The translations under genes and the position numbers were made by a program. A DNA stretch of 64,000 nt, from positions 1-64,000 of the forward strand of contig JBHLRS010000009.1 of assembly GCA_048882325.1 (NCBI GenBank), given 5' to 3'. This document shows, one piece after another, positions 50,601 to 59,382 of the stretch (position 1 is its first letter; the number at the start of each line of letters is the position of its first letter). The notes beneath the pieces are model-generated. The model saw nothing but the letters and a program-made list of their open reading frames with translations, was not told where the DNA came from and did not search any database. This DNA comes from Candidatus Thorarchaeota archaeon (GTDB lineage: Archaea; Asgardarchaeota; Thorarchaeia; Thorarchaeales; Thorarchaeaceae).

Positions 50601-51473
50601 CCATTGATTTTCAAGTGAACGCTTTTCTTTTCCAGGTTTAGCTGAAGAGAATACACAGGTCATACTTGTGGTATATCCCTGTTTAAGAGATGTCGAAAGG
50701 TATGTTCCAATCTGAGAAGCTTCTAGAGTTGGGAATACCCGTGGTTGTCCTTGCAGAGCTAGGAATCCCAGTAAGTCATTCCCATGCTTGATTTTCAGTT
50801 CTCTCGATTCGAGGCAAATCCCATTTATGTGAGTAAGAGCAACAGATTCGAGAGAGTCACCCTCTAGAAGCTTTAATTCCACATTATTGAGAGATGACAA
50901 AAGAATTGCTTCAGTCCGGGTTGCCTCTCTTCTCAATATCTCCTGTATCTGTTTTGACGTGTGACCGGTTGCTGTGATAAAGATACGTAGGAATGGCTCT
51001 CCATTTGTAACTCCAACCTCAAAAGCCATTGTTATTGATTTGTCCATTCCTGCTCTCATCGCAAGTAACATAGTTTCATTGTATCTCGGTTTTCCATTCT
51101 CATCTAGATACACCGAACCAGAAACTGACATAATATCAAGACAACATGTCCCAATCACAAAGTCATCGAGCTGAACAAGTAGTGTGCTGTCCTGAATCGA
51201 TACTGAAGGATTCTGAAGACGAACTTTCTTCATAGTCAGGTAAGACCCAGTTATAACTGGTATAAGACACACAATCACTTCAACCATTATTTTTTGAGGG
51301 ATAAAGGGTTGACTGAACAGTCCAATCAATGGTAGGAGGTAGACTAGTAGTAGATACAATCCCGATGCTATTGTACTAAACACCCAGACTATAGCTAACC
51401 ATGATTTTGGTCGTCTATGCAAATCATGAGAAGCCACAGCTGTGTTCTCTCGTAGGGAAATACGAAATGGCAT
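47673..51473 (-). CDS. membrane-anchored VirB4/HerA-FtsK family ATPase with long C-terminal extension
   Basis: Two N-terminal TMs, HIAILGATGSGKT, FDVKGSEY, VVLEEA, STRP. Confidence 0.82.
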   Translation of the reverse strand: MPFRISLRENTAVASHDLHRRPKSWLAIVWVFSTIASGLYLLLVYLLPLIGLFSQPFIPQKIMVEVIVCLIPVITGSYLTMKKVRLQNPSVSIQDSTLLVQLDDFVIGTCCLDIMSVSGSVYLDENGKPRYNETMLLAMRAGMDKSITMAFEVGVTNGEPFLRIFITATGHTSKQIQEILRREATRTEAILLSSLNNVELKLLEGDSLESVALTHINGICLESRELKIKHGNDLLGFLALQGQPRVFPTLEASQIGTYLSTSLKQGYTTSMTCVFSSAKPGKEKRSLENQWRSIQSKEKRKEESLQDHAAKKRLVTRYEEIQDGAGWFDSTVYFKVSPTKNSRMDVDMDGVIGLIHSIWGGGNSIKLKYHKYSKRNVFKILTRRHLKRQRIHIAKLSSLVNTPIQQLPVITPKHAPVFPVPTKELVDNELVIGKTVFGGRRLSDVGLKVNWLREHIAILGATGSGKTTLVKHLMAQLSMKTSIPWWIFDVKGSEYHGLVNHSETEVLVLKPGLDTSFSINLIDPEMADDENHAHSTFVILKELLNERGDSSELSPAMEKLLRDSVMRVAETLNHGNSVQSLISAINELSGNDRTGNMTRDALINRLEILTREPLGSILGKEGESVQFSELLAKRVILDLSHVARVGGMDSARLLYNLVAKRIFDSAMKRGITEGLHHVVVLEEASNLVPESYTRHSAADVTTGESMVMLQRATGQGVIVVSTRPNISTNILANTSTKVVFRLPYDSHVGGRFLSLSSDQEQYLRSLQRGRALMSIPDTETFEIVTQRFPDTLGQSEQPSNDITESEIDSVIESTVSDEGAITSDLDNTEAVEDIKAQTLVFNRIDRLGNHVVAFLASEGWATESEIRNLLSVLDSNVVDDDISEAIRNLVSLGSVEREALALVDGGFVFALPGKALGAVRRVIVEYIYEKLGIEYNTSSMSANLDWPDIVLEDRAVIVIPEHLRASSIGSTLDRIRGQMSKLQNGVSELIVVVRGSVAAAKLRELMDSSEEFNEVSVVSAFPRSLDSIIDGLASKSGQSEASIVQTQLAEDVEEESHEKVDLIGAMHGVGSATNRAIQIRLWFGLIQDLVDISNGQVKWEELLEFIETTALQSLKGRSAPLNIEEGKRALTELLADEVLIALRVNGESQFMELTEGLWLVNSSVLKHLKEKAITSIEEELKKHHSKVSKNHGYYDLCVGDTSYVIFPNQQQLNTLLNLHSEIACRTCKSSKVVCVLTASEYLEESETTPRNLIVKTMDDNVSAFVM

Positions 51474-51721
51474 CTACATCTTCCTCATCATACTAACTCT
51501 AGACCAAGAGAGATTGTTTTTGGAGTTGAACCATCGTACCTTTGTTGAGCATATGAACACCCCTAAACAAATCATCCAATACTATGCACTCTATAGGAGA
51601 ATAAAAACCCAGAAACAGAATGATGAACTGGTGACGAAACCCTAGAAGAGTGATTTCGGTACCTACCTCTCAAAATCCCTAGGGGGTATAGACAATCAAG
51701 AAATCAGACTGGTTCCCAATA

Positions 51722-53662
51722 ATGTTGCTTGTTCTACTCTTGATATCACTAACTACGTTGACGACTGAACCAATATCTGCAGAGGGCGAGATTGTGGTTG
51801 TTCGAGGAAACACTATCTTAATCACCGTCACACTTCTTCAGAATGGTAGCTTCGGAGAACCAGTACCAGACCAGTGGATACATTTCTTTGACCAGAGCTA
51901 TAACTCGTTCTTAGGTTCTGAAAAGACAGATGCAAACGGTATCGCTTCACTTTCATGGGGCATTCCCATTGATCATGCACTTGGAATGACAACCATCAAT
52001 GCAACATTTTTGGGTAATGAGTCACTGTCACTAGCTCCGTCATATCAATGGAGTGTCTTGACAGTAGTTTCCTCTACAACTATCGAGATTGACCAGGTGC
52101 CTGATTCACTCGCCCCAGGAGATTTCTTATCATTCTTAGTTCACCTGACTGATGACACAGATAGTCCAATTGAGAACGCCTCTGTGAAAGTGTTTAAGGA
52201 TTATACACCTATTGCTGTTGCTAAGACCAACTCATCAGGAGATATTCACTTCAAGATTGATTGCAACAGCACATGGATAACACTAGGAAACAATGACATA
52301 AGAGTTGTATTTGAACAAGATTTGGCAAAGCACCTCAATGGATCTGAGTTTACGTTCATTGTCGATATATCAAAAATACCTACGTTTCTGCTTCCTCATG
52401 GTTGGTATCCAACTAATGTCACTCTTGGTGAATTTGTTGATTTGTATATTGAGCTCTCTGAAACAGCTAATCCCATGCCGAATGAGGCTATCCAAGTCCT
52501 CCTAGATGATTCTCCTCTAGTTCTTGTTACCTCTAACAATTCTGGAATCGCCCGTGCTCTGTTGGATATCGATGAACGATTCACTCTTGGGGTTCATATC
52601 CTGCAATTTTTGTACAATGGTACATCGAGGTACTCTGTATCAAATTACGAATATCCTTTATCTATAACCAGCCCAGCACAGTTGAGCATTGAAGTTCCGG
52701 AATCTGCTTCGATAGGCTCAATCGTCGATCTTGAAATTGCAATTTCGGATTCATTAGGTCGTCCGATTCCTGATTCGCTTATCACACTAGTTGACACTAC
52801 ATCTGATCAGACCTTTACGGTTCCTTCGAGCTCAACTAAAACAGTTATCAATTTTCAATATGTGGTGCAAGGTCCTACCGGCACCCACATTCTCAATGTA
52901 GAAGTGTCAGAGAATCTATTTGTGACGAACGGAAATTGCAGTGCTACCTTTGTTGCATGGTCCAAGCCTGTTATGTTCATTCTCAACGTCAATGTGGATC
53001 ACTATGCCTCTCCCAATCAAGAGATCTTTTTTGAATTACAGATGACTGATTGGAATGGAAATTGTTCCTATAGACCTCTCTATCTTATGTTAGATGGCCA
53101 GGTCTATCTATCAAGAACGACAGGCATAGATGGGAAACTTACTCTTGCTCTTACTGCTCCACTGATTGAAAAGGTGTACAATATATCAATGGTCTATGAG
53201 GGAAATAATACACTCTTTGAAAGTCCAACAAAGCTCGATTATGACCTTCATGTGACTAGTCAAATGCCTGTGCGACTTGAACTCGATTCCTATGAGGTTA
53301 ATGCTGCACGACATGAACTAGATATACGTCTAATATTGAAAGCATTCAATGGCTCTACACTACAAGGAGTGAATGTGAATTTTGTCTGGTTAGATTCACA
53401 CTTCGACTCCCAAACAAGCGATGGGGGATTGGTTATTCTTCATCTTAGAGTTCCTGCAATAAATGGTATCTATGTCTTATACTATGAAATTGAGGACGCA
53501 GCATCAATAGTTCCAACAAATGGAACATACCTGATTGAGATTACGATTTCTGATGTAATGTCACTACAGGGAATTGGTGTTGTTGGTCTAGCAATAGCTC
53601 TTTTTGCTTCAGTTGGAATCTCAGCCGTACCAATCCTAAGACGAAGATATCTTGTAGGATAA
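51722..53662 (+). CDS. exported Ig-like repeat protein with C-terminal TM anchor
   Basis: Signal-like N-terminus, repeated TD.NG.A beta modules, many NxS/T sites, C-terminal TM + RRR. Confidence 0.8.
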   Translation: MLLVLLLISLTTLTTEPISAEGEIVVVRGNTILITVTLLQNGSFGEPVPDQWIHFFDQSYNSFLGSEKTDANGIASLSWGIPIDHALGMTTINATFLGNESLSLAPSYQWSVLTVVSSTTIEIDQVPDSLAPGDFLSFLVHLTDDTDSPIENASVKVFKDYTPIAVAKTNSSGDIHFKIDCNSTWITLGNNDIRVVFEQDLAKHLNGSEFTFIVDISKIPTFLLPHGWYPTNVTLGEFVDLYIELSETANPMPNEAIQVLLDDSPLVLVTSNNSGIARALLDIDERFTLGVHILQFLYNGTSRYSVSNYEYPLSITSPAQLSIEVPESASIGSIVDLEIAISDSLGRPIPDSLITLVDTTSDQTFTVPSSSTKTVINFQYVVQGPTGTHILNVEVSENLFVTNGNCSATFVAWSKPVMFILNVNVDHYASPNQEIFFELQMTDWNGNCSYRPLYLMLDGQVYLSRTTGIDGKLTLALTAPLIEKVYNISMVYEGNNTLFESPTKLDYDLHVTSQMPVRLELDSYEVNAARHELDIRLILKAFNGSTLQGVNVNFVWLDSHFDSQTSDGGLVILHLRVPAINGIYVLYYEIEDAASIVPTNGTYLIEITISDVMSLQGIGVVGLAIALFASVGISAVPILRRRYLVG

Positions 53663-53672
53663 AGACAAGAAG

Positions 53673-53781
53673 TGGTGCTCCGGCCGGGATTCGAACCCGG
53701 GTCGGGGGATCGAGAGTCCCCCATGCTGGGCCGGACTACAGTCGGTATCATTGTAAGGAATATACAATGCTCTACCGGAGC
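53673..53781 (-). tRNA. tRNA-Glu(CTC) with 31-nt intron at 10/11 (53741-53771)
   Basis: GCTCCGG/CCGGAGC, GGGGA-CTCTCGA-TCCCC, TTCGAAT, CCA; D-stem restored on intron removal. Confidence 0.88.
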
Positions 53782-53869
53782 CGTGAATGGATTGCCAGTC
53801 CGGAGCGCGAGAAGGCTCGTTTGGAATTATGCAAATAAGCCTTTCCCCGCAACATGAGGACTAAAGAAT

Positions 53870-54079
53870 CTAAGGTGCACTGAATAATTGAGTTAGACTA
53901 CTCCAACTATCCTGTAATAACTGCAGTAATCCTCCCACAACATCTTGTGCCCACCCTGTGGCTTGAAGGATGACCGCAATAACAATAGAAACTGTGACAA
54001 CTGCAAGCCCAAGGAGCAGACTCTCCTCAACTAGCGGTCCTCCCTGTTCATTACGAATTAAACCATCATCCTTTGTCAA
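53870..54079 (-). CDS. Flp/Tad-like pilin with class III signal peptide
   Basis: IRNEQG|GPLVEE (E at +5) then a hydrophobic helix; TTG start after AAGGTGG; downstream of pilus ATPase. Confidence 0.65.
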   Translation of the reverse strand: MTKDDGLIRNEQGGPLVEESLLLGLAVVTVSIVIAVILQATGWAQDVVGGLLQLLQDSWSSLTQLFSAP

Positions 54080-54144
54080 AGATATCCACCTTGAACTGAT
54101 GTTTTGCTGGTTCCTTTTAAGGTCCCCAAAAGATCTGGACCACT

Positions 54145-55839
54145 CTATGCTTCTGACTTGATGAATTTCATCGGGTGTCCCTTTGACCACATCTCTTCGC
54201 TTATTGTGTGAAAACTCATGGGATTGCTATTTAGGCGGATGATTTCAGTCAGATTCCTTAGAGCTGGAATATGGCTTTTGACCCCGGACTCTCTTGCATG
54301 GTTTAGAAAAGCTCCATCATCTGCCCAGTCCTCATTAATACCTTCGATGGAATCATAGATTTTATTGAGACCTGAGAATACAACTAATCCGTTTACCACC
54401 CTTCGTCGTATTTCTGAGATTTCGCTCACGATTCGTTTAGACTCCCCTGGTTTCGGTCTTTCTAAAGTAACAATGATATCCAAGAGCGCAATGTTGTCTT
54501 CTTGAATTCTATGGCCGAGTTTCCACCTAGAAATAAGACTGGACGCCGACTCGCTGTGACATGTTTGAATAGTACGAAGACCTGCTATAATAGCCTGAAA
54601 AAGGGCGTTGCTGTGTTCTGCAGTCTGAATCTCTCCTAGAATGAGATAGTCTGGCGACCGATGGAGACATTTGATTATTTCATCACTTTTGTTAAATTTC
54701 GTCAATTGCTCATCCATGGGGTCAACTCTGAAACGTACCTGATGGTGATCTTTCTGTGGTCTGCTTTCAATGGCATCTTCAATGTAGATTTTTCTCCACC
54801 ACTTTGGTGTAGTCATATCCAAGGCATTCAACAAAGTTGTTTTTCCAGTACCTGGACCTCCAGTTATAGTAATGTTGAACCTGCATGAAACAGCGAAGAC
54901 TAGAATTGCTGCAACATCAGATGTCATAGTTTCATTCTCTATCAATTCACTAATAGTAAACGGATTGTTCCTCGCTCGACGAATTTCGAGATGTAGTCCA
55001 TCTGGACTTAATGGTGGCATACTTGCAGAGAAACGAAGTGCGGCATCTTGAATACGTATATCCATTTTGAGAGAGGGGTTGCTTCTATCTAGGTGGAGAT
55101 TGCTTTCAGCGCGAATTAGAGTGATAATTTTTGAAACATCCTGCTTATAAAAAGTGAAATCTGTTATACATCTACCATATCGTTGATGATCAAAATAGAT
55201 TGGTACTCCAGGACTATCAAGGTATATTTCCTCTACCCAATCATCATGGATAAGGGGCATAAGTACGCCAAGGATGTTTCGACGATGAGCGACGATCTCA
55301 GCGAGTCGCATCCGAGTTGCTTCATTCATCTCAGGAATTAAGTCCAAGATGTGAATGGAAATATCCTTGATTGCCTGATTTAATTTCTGTGTTATTCCCA
55401 CCTTCAAAGAGTTAGTTCTGTTTCCAGATTGGAAAGGTTTCTCAATCAAATCTTCAACAAGTGAGTTTTCTAGTGCGGTTCTGACCAATGGAACAGTTGT
55501 GTATCGTGCTTGATTATTTTCTGTCTGATGAAAAACAGATAGATGAGAGCCCACTTTGTAAATTGCTAAGATATCGTCTAACATGTCAACTAGGTGCATG
55601 TTAGAACCAATAAAGACAGTTTCCCAACCCTCAGTTCGCCATGATGGTTCAGGTAATTTCAGACTCTTCAGAGTACAGAAGTGAAACAAACCTCTTCCAG
55701 TTTCAACTATGATAATCTGTGATTTTTCGTTTCCAGATTCCTTGATATGGTTGAGCCTCTGACAACCAAAATCACTCCTCTGAGAACACTTTTCACAACG
55801 TCCAACAGGACATTGGACAACATGGATATCTGAATTCAA
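54145..55839 (-). CDS. type II/IV secretion (TadA/CpaF/VirB11-family) ATPase
   Basis: GGPGTGKTT, IEDAIE, LHRSPDYLILGEI, TCHS. Confidence 0.9.
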   Translation of the reverse strand: MNSDIHVVQCPVGRCEKCSQRSDFGCQRLNHIKESGNEKSQIIIVETGRGLFHFCTLKSLKLPEPSWRTEGWETVFIGSNMHLVDMLDDILAIYKVGSHLSVFHQTENNQARYTTVPLVRTALENSLVEDLIEKPFQSGNRTNSLKVGITQKLNQAIKDISIHILDLIPEMNEATRMRLAEIVAHRRNILGVLMPLIHDDWVEEIYLDSPGVPIYFDHQRYGRCITDFTFYKQDVSKIITLIRAESNLHLDRSNPSLKMDIRIQDAALRFSASMPPLSPDGLHLEIRRARNNPFTISELIENETMTSDVAAILVFAVSCRFNITITGGPGTGKTTLLNALDMTTPKWWRKIYIEDAIESRPQKDHHQVRFRVDPMDEQLTKFNKSDEIIKCLHRSPDYLILGEIQTAEHSNALFQAIIAGLRTIQTCHSESASSLISRWKLGHRIQEDNIALLDIIVTLERPKPGESKRIVSEISEIRRRVVNGLVVFSGLNKIYDSIEGINEDWADDGAFLNHARESGVKSHIPALRNLTEIIRLNSNPMSFHTISEEMWSKGHPMKFIKSEA

Positions 55840-55908
55840 CTAGTAGAGCACCTCATGATTTCTACATCTTATTCAGACAAATCCTACATAATCTCCTAGA
55901 CATTCAAG

Positions 55909-56946
55909 TCACTGGGCTTGTGATACTTCGATGACCTTTTTCATCATTCCAAAGTGATCTCTGATACTATACTCGGCCACCTCGGTTGCAATTGAAGCAA
56001 GCTTTTGTGTTAGCACGGCTCTCCTTCCATATTGTATCGCAATCAGTCGGTCACTCGCATAGGCAGCTGAAACTGTAAATATGAACGGATTTCTTCCGCC
56101 GCGTTTTGAAGCAGGTATTATTTTGAGAACTTCGAGTATCTTGTTTCTAAGAGCGTTCTCATAGTCCTTTGGTTCCCAACCTCGTGATTGAACCTTACTG
56201 ACTACTCTTGGGTTGTTCATCAACATTGAAAGCACTCTTGGAACATAGTCCTCTGGTTTTCGGATTTCCGGTGAGTAGCCTGTGAGCGACTTGAGCCTGA
56301 GTGCTTCTCGCACAATTGCTCTCACATTGACTCGGTGTCCGCATTTTTCAAACACATCAGCTATTTCATCAAGTGTTATCGGAGCCTCCTCTTTGAACTC
56401 CCTTACAGCCATGAGAAGACACACAGCAATCAACAGTATGTTATTACTGACGTTTCCTGCTGCTTCATTCACCACTTTCTTGTATAGATACGCAGTCCGA
56501 TCGCGAACTTGCTCATTGATCATGAGTAGCTTTGACACATGATTGAGAGTTCTAAGAGCTCTGTATTTTGCCTCATTCTTGCCAATTCTGATTCTGGTGC
56601 TGTATATTGTTTTCAGCCGCTTGAATTTCTTCTGCATTCTTCCTGAGAGTGCCTGTCCTTGTGCATCTTGAAAATACCGATCTTTATGGAAGCCAATGTA
56701 GCTGCCAAGACCGTCCACAATATGCATTCGGTTTCCTAATGATACATACATAGTTGCATCAGGGGAATCGCCAGTGGGTCGTTCGCCCATCTGATATGTA
56801 GGCAAAACGTATTCTCTAGAAAGCACCAAACCGCATTCAGCACATACTATGTGTCCCTGACTAGTGACCAAAAAACCACTACAGTCAGGACAGGATTTTG
56901 AATTCGTTAAACGAGATTCACATGTTCCATCAGTCAAAAACCACAC
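55909..56946 (-). CDS. divergent TFB/TFIIB paralogue
   Basis: CPDC..CAECGLV Zn ribbon, GLGSYI, two cyclin-like repeats ending LTQK..VAEYSIR. Confidence 0.8.
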   Translation of the reverse strand: MWFLTDGTCESRLTNSKSCPDCSGFLVTSQGHIVCAECGLVLSREYVLPTYQMGERPTGDSPDATMYVSLGNRMHIVDGLGSYIGFHKDRYFQDAQGQALSGRMQKKFKRLKTIYSTRIRIGKNEAKYRALRTLNHVSKLLMINEQVRDRTAYLYKKVVNEAAGNVSNNILLIAVCLLMAVREFKEEAPITLDEIADVFEKCGHRVNVRAIVREALRLKSLTGYSPEIRKPEDYVPRVLSMLMNNPRVVSKVQSRGWEPKDYENALRNKILEVLKIIPASKRGGRNPFIFTVSAAYASDRLIAIQYGRRAVLTQKLASIATEVAEYSIRDHFGMMKKVIEVSQAQ

Positions 56947-57103
56947 CCATTAGAGATGTGCACAATCATTCCTAACTAAGTTTCAGATACCAATTATACA
57001 TTCACAGAGAATAACAATCTGTTCAAGTAGACTTTGACTGATATTGAGCGGTCTTTGTCGGTCTGGTCAGAAAGAGAGGTGACCGAAAGTAATCTTAATG
57101 GGA

Positions 57104-57469
57104 TTACATAAAAGCCAGAAAGAACTTCTCTGAGTTGAAAACGTTACTCTGACTTGGAGTTGGTTTTCCTAGTGTGAAGACTAGTCGCAATCCACCTACG
57201 GATCCAATTACTTCAAGACCATTTTTCTCAGTCTTTTTGAAGACGCCACTCTCTACATAGAGCTTTGCTTGTTCACCTTTTGTAATTGGCTTAGAATCGA
57301 TGATAACAGTGATTGAATCATTAGCATTCAGTGTGTCACAAAGTGCATCCGGAAGCTCGAGTGAGAGTGTTGCTCCATCACTTTTCGAGGAAACCTTCAA
57401 TAACTTCAATCTTCTCGTTTCCGTTTCCTCAACAGAGTCAATGACTGCAGTCTTAAGCCTAATTACCAT
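57104..57469 (-). CDS. rpoG: RNA polymerase subunit Rpo8 (G / Rpb8 homologue)
   Basis: OB-fold pattern with GSVGGLRL (SxGGL motif), 121 aa. Confidence 0.7.
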   Translation of the reverse strand: MVIRLKTAVIDSVEETETRRLKLLKVSSKSDGATLSLELPDALCDTLNANDSITVIIDSKPITKGEQAKLYVESGVFKKTEKNGLEVIGSVGGLRLVFTLGKPTPSQSNVFNSEKFFLAFM

Positions 57470-57591
57470 AAATGATCCACCTCTATATGCTAGAGTCTAT
57501 TTTTCACGGCATGCCTTTGCGAATTAAACCTACCGTTGAAACCATGTGCCGTTTTTTAGGAAGCATAATGACGATTTTCTGGTGTAGCTAA

Positions 57592-59382
57592 GTGAATCGG
57601 AAAGTGGTAGCACTCGCCCCCCTCTCTTTGCTTCTAGTCACATGTCTTGTTGTTCCAGTTTCAGCATTCTACTTTGACTTTCAGTCCTTCGAAACTGACA
57701 AGTTGGTATATGAAGTTGGAGAAACGATTAACATGGTCGCAAAGTTAATCGCAGATTTCAGTGACGAGGGGTGGTGCAACGTATCATTTGGAGTTGTTAC
57801 AGATCTTGGTCCTTCTTTTGCGGAAGGATACTCTATTCCTCCATCTCCATTGGTCCGTTACCTAAATTCGTCATATACAATTCTTCCAGAGCATACTTCG
57901 CCCACTGAAACAGGTGTACAAGCTTTTGTCATCTTTACTGTTCAGATTTTCGATGTAGGAGAACAAAGTGAGGGTGATAACATCCTAATCACAATTAACA
58001 GAGGACATCTCAATGCTTTTCCACAAATTCCTCTCATTGCGCAGTATGGATTGAATACATCACTCCCATTGAAAATTGCTAGTATTCATAATAGTGATGT
58101 TGTCTACTCTGGCGAGTCTGTTACATTGCATGTGGAGAATTCAACTTCACATACTGTGTTACATACTAATGTAACCACAACTTCCGAAGGAATGGTACAC
58201 CTCAATTGGAGTGACTCGTTTGGTGCTCCTGGTCTGTATAATCTGACTGTTTCCAGCGATGGAAATGAAGACTTTCTACCACTAGCTGATTCATTCGAAC
58301 TAACAGTTCTTCCAGCGCCTTCAAATTTAACCGCAATCTCTACACCCGGCACAGTATATTGTCAAGCACCTGATGGTAGTCATGTTCAACTTGCTGAGAT
58401 TATAGTTGAGCATACGGATGTAGATTCAATCCCTATCAATGATAGTCTAGTACGATGGACTGCAAGCTTTGGATCTGGTTCGTTGGCCAAATTGGGTGCT
58501 GGTCTGTATTCTGGTATGATTCCCTTCAATACAAGTCCAGGGTCTTATACCATCAATATCACATCCACTAATCCTCAATATCAGAGTAGTGGAACTGAAG
58601 TCATTGTGGATGTCCTAGCAAATATATTGCAATTCACTCCAGTACAGTCATCTTGGAATGTGACAAGAGGTGACAATGTGACTGTTGAGTTCCTTCTGGA
58701 ATCAACCCTTGATTGGAATCAATCAATACAACTAGATTTCATAGATGAAAAAACGCAGTTCTCAGTAACATCAAGTGTCCTGCCGGGCATTCCTAAGTTT
58801 CAACAAATCCCAATCTGGCACAACATCTCTGTAGGACAACATATCGTTGATATTTCCTCAACAAGTGAGTACTATGAGTTTACTACTACTCCTCAAATTG
58901 AATTGGTTGCTATTGGGACAATGAATGTTTCAATGTTGATACAAACTGTATACTATAGTGAAACATTAGATTTCAATCTAGATATCGTTGATGATGATAA
59001 TCAACTGGTTTCAAATGCTGAGGTTTCTATTTTCTGTGATGAGGATATCACGTCTTTTGCGACCACCGGTTATGTCAATACGAGTGCAAACCAAACTGTA
59101 GGATTGCCGTTATGGATTCAACTAGGCATACACAATCTTACCTTTATTGTCAACAGTCAATACTATGAGTCGATTATCTATATCGTAACCATCAAAGTCT
59201 GGATGCGGACTAACCTCACCATTGTTATATCAAGTGATTCGAATTCAATTGCTGAAGATACTCAGTTTGACATCACACTAAGTATCTCATCTGGATTAAT
59301 CATGAGTCCTCCACCAATTTTGTGTAATGGAGTTACCTCTACAATACCTTTCACAGCTCGACTCACTTCATTTGACAATTGA
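57592..59382 (+). CDS. exported Ig-like repeat protein
   Basis: Signal peptide MNRK..PVSA, TDKLVYEVGE motif, beta-rich, NxS/T sites. Confidence 0.78.
   Translation: MNRKVVALAPLSLLLVTCLVVPVSAFYFDFQSFETDKLVYEVGETINMVAKLIADFSDEGWCNVSFGVVTDLGPSFAEGYSIPPSPLVRYLNSSYTILPEHTSPTETGVQAFVIFTVQIFDVGEQSEGDNILITINRGHLNAFPQIPLIAQYGLNTSLPLKIASIHNSDVVYSGESVTLHVENSTSHTVLHTNVTTTSEGMVHLNWSDSFGAPGLYNLTVSSDGNEDFLPLADSFELTVLPAPSNLTAISTPGTVYCQAPDGSHVQLAEIIVEHTDVDSIPINDSLVRWTASFGSGSLAKLGAGLYSGMIPFNTSPGSYTINITSTNPQYQSSGTEVIVDVLANILQFTPVQSSWNVTRGDNVTVEFLLESTLDWNQSIQLDFIDEKTQFSVTSSVLPGIPKFQQIPIWHNISVGQHIVDISSTSEYYEFTTTPQIELVAIGTMNVSMLIQTVYYSETLDFNLDIVDDDNQLVSNAEVSIFCDEDITSFATTGYVNTSANQTVGLPLWIQLGIHNLTFIVNSQYYESIIYIVTIKVWMRTNLTIVISSDSNSIAEDTQFDITLSISSGLIMSPPPILCNGVTSTIPFTARLTSFDN

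Noticed and set aside
53482-53857. ORFs 53482-53751 and 53672-53857
   Set aside because: They overlap tRNA-Glu
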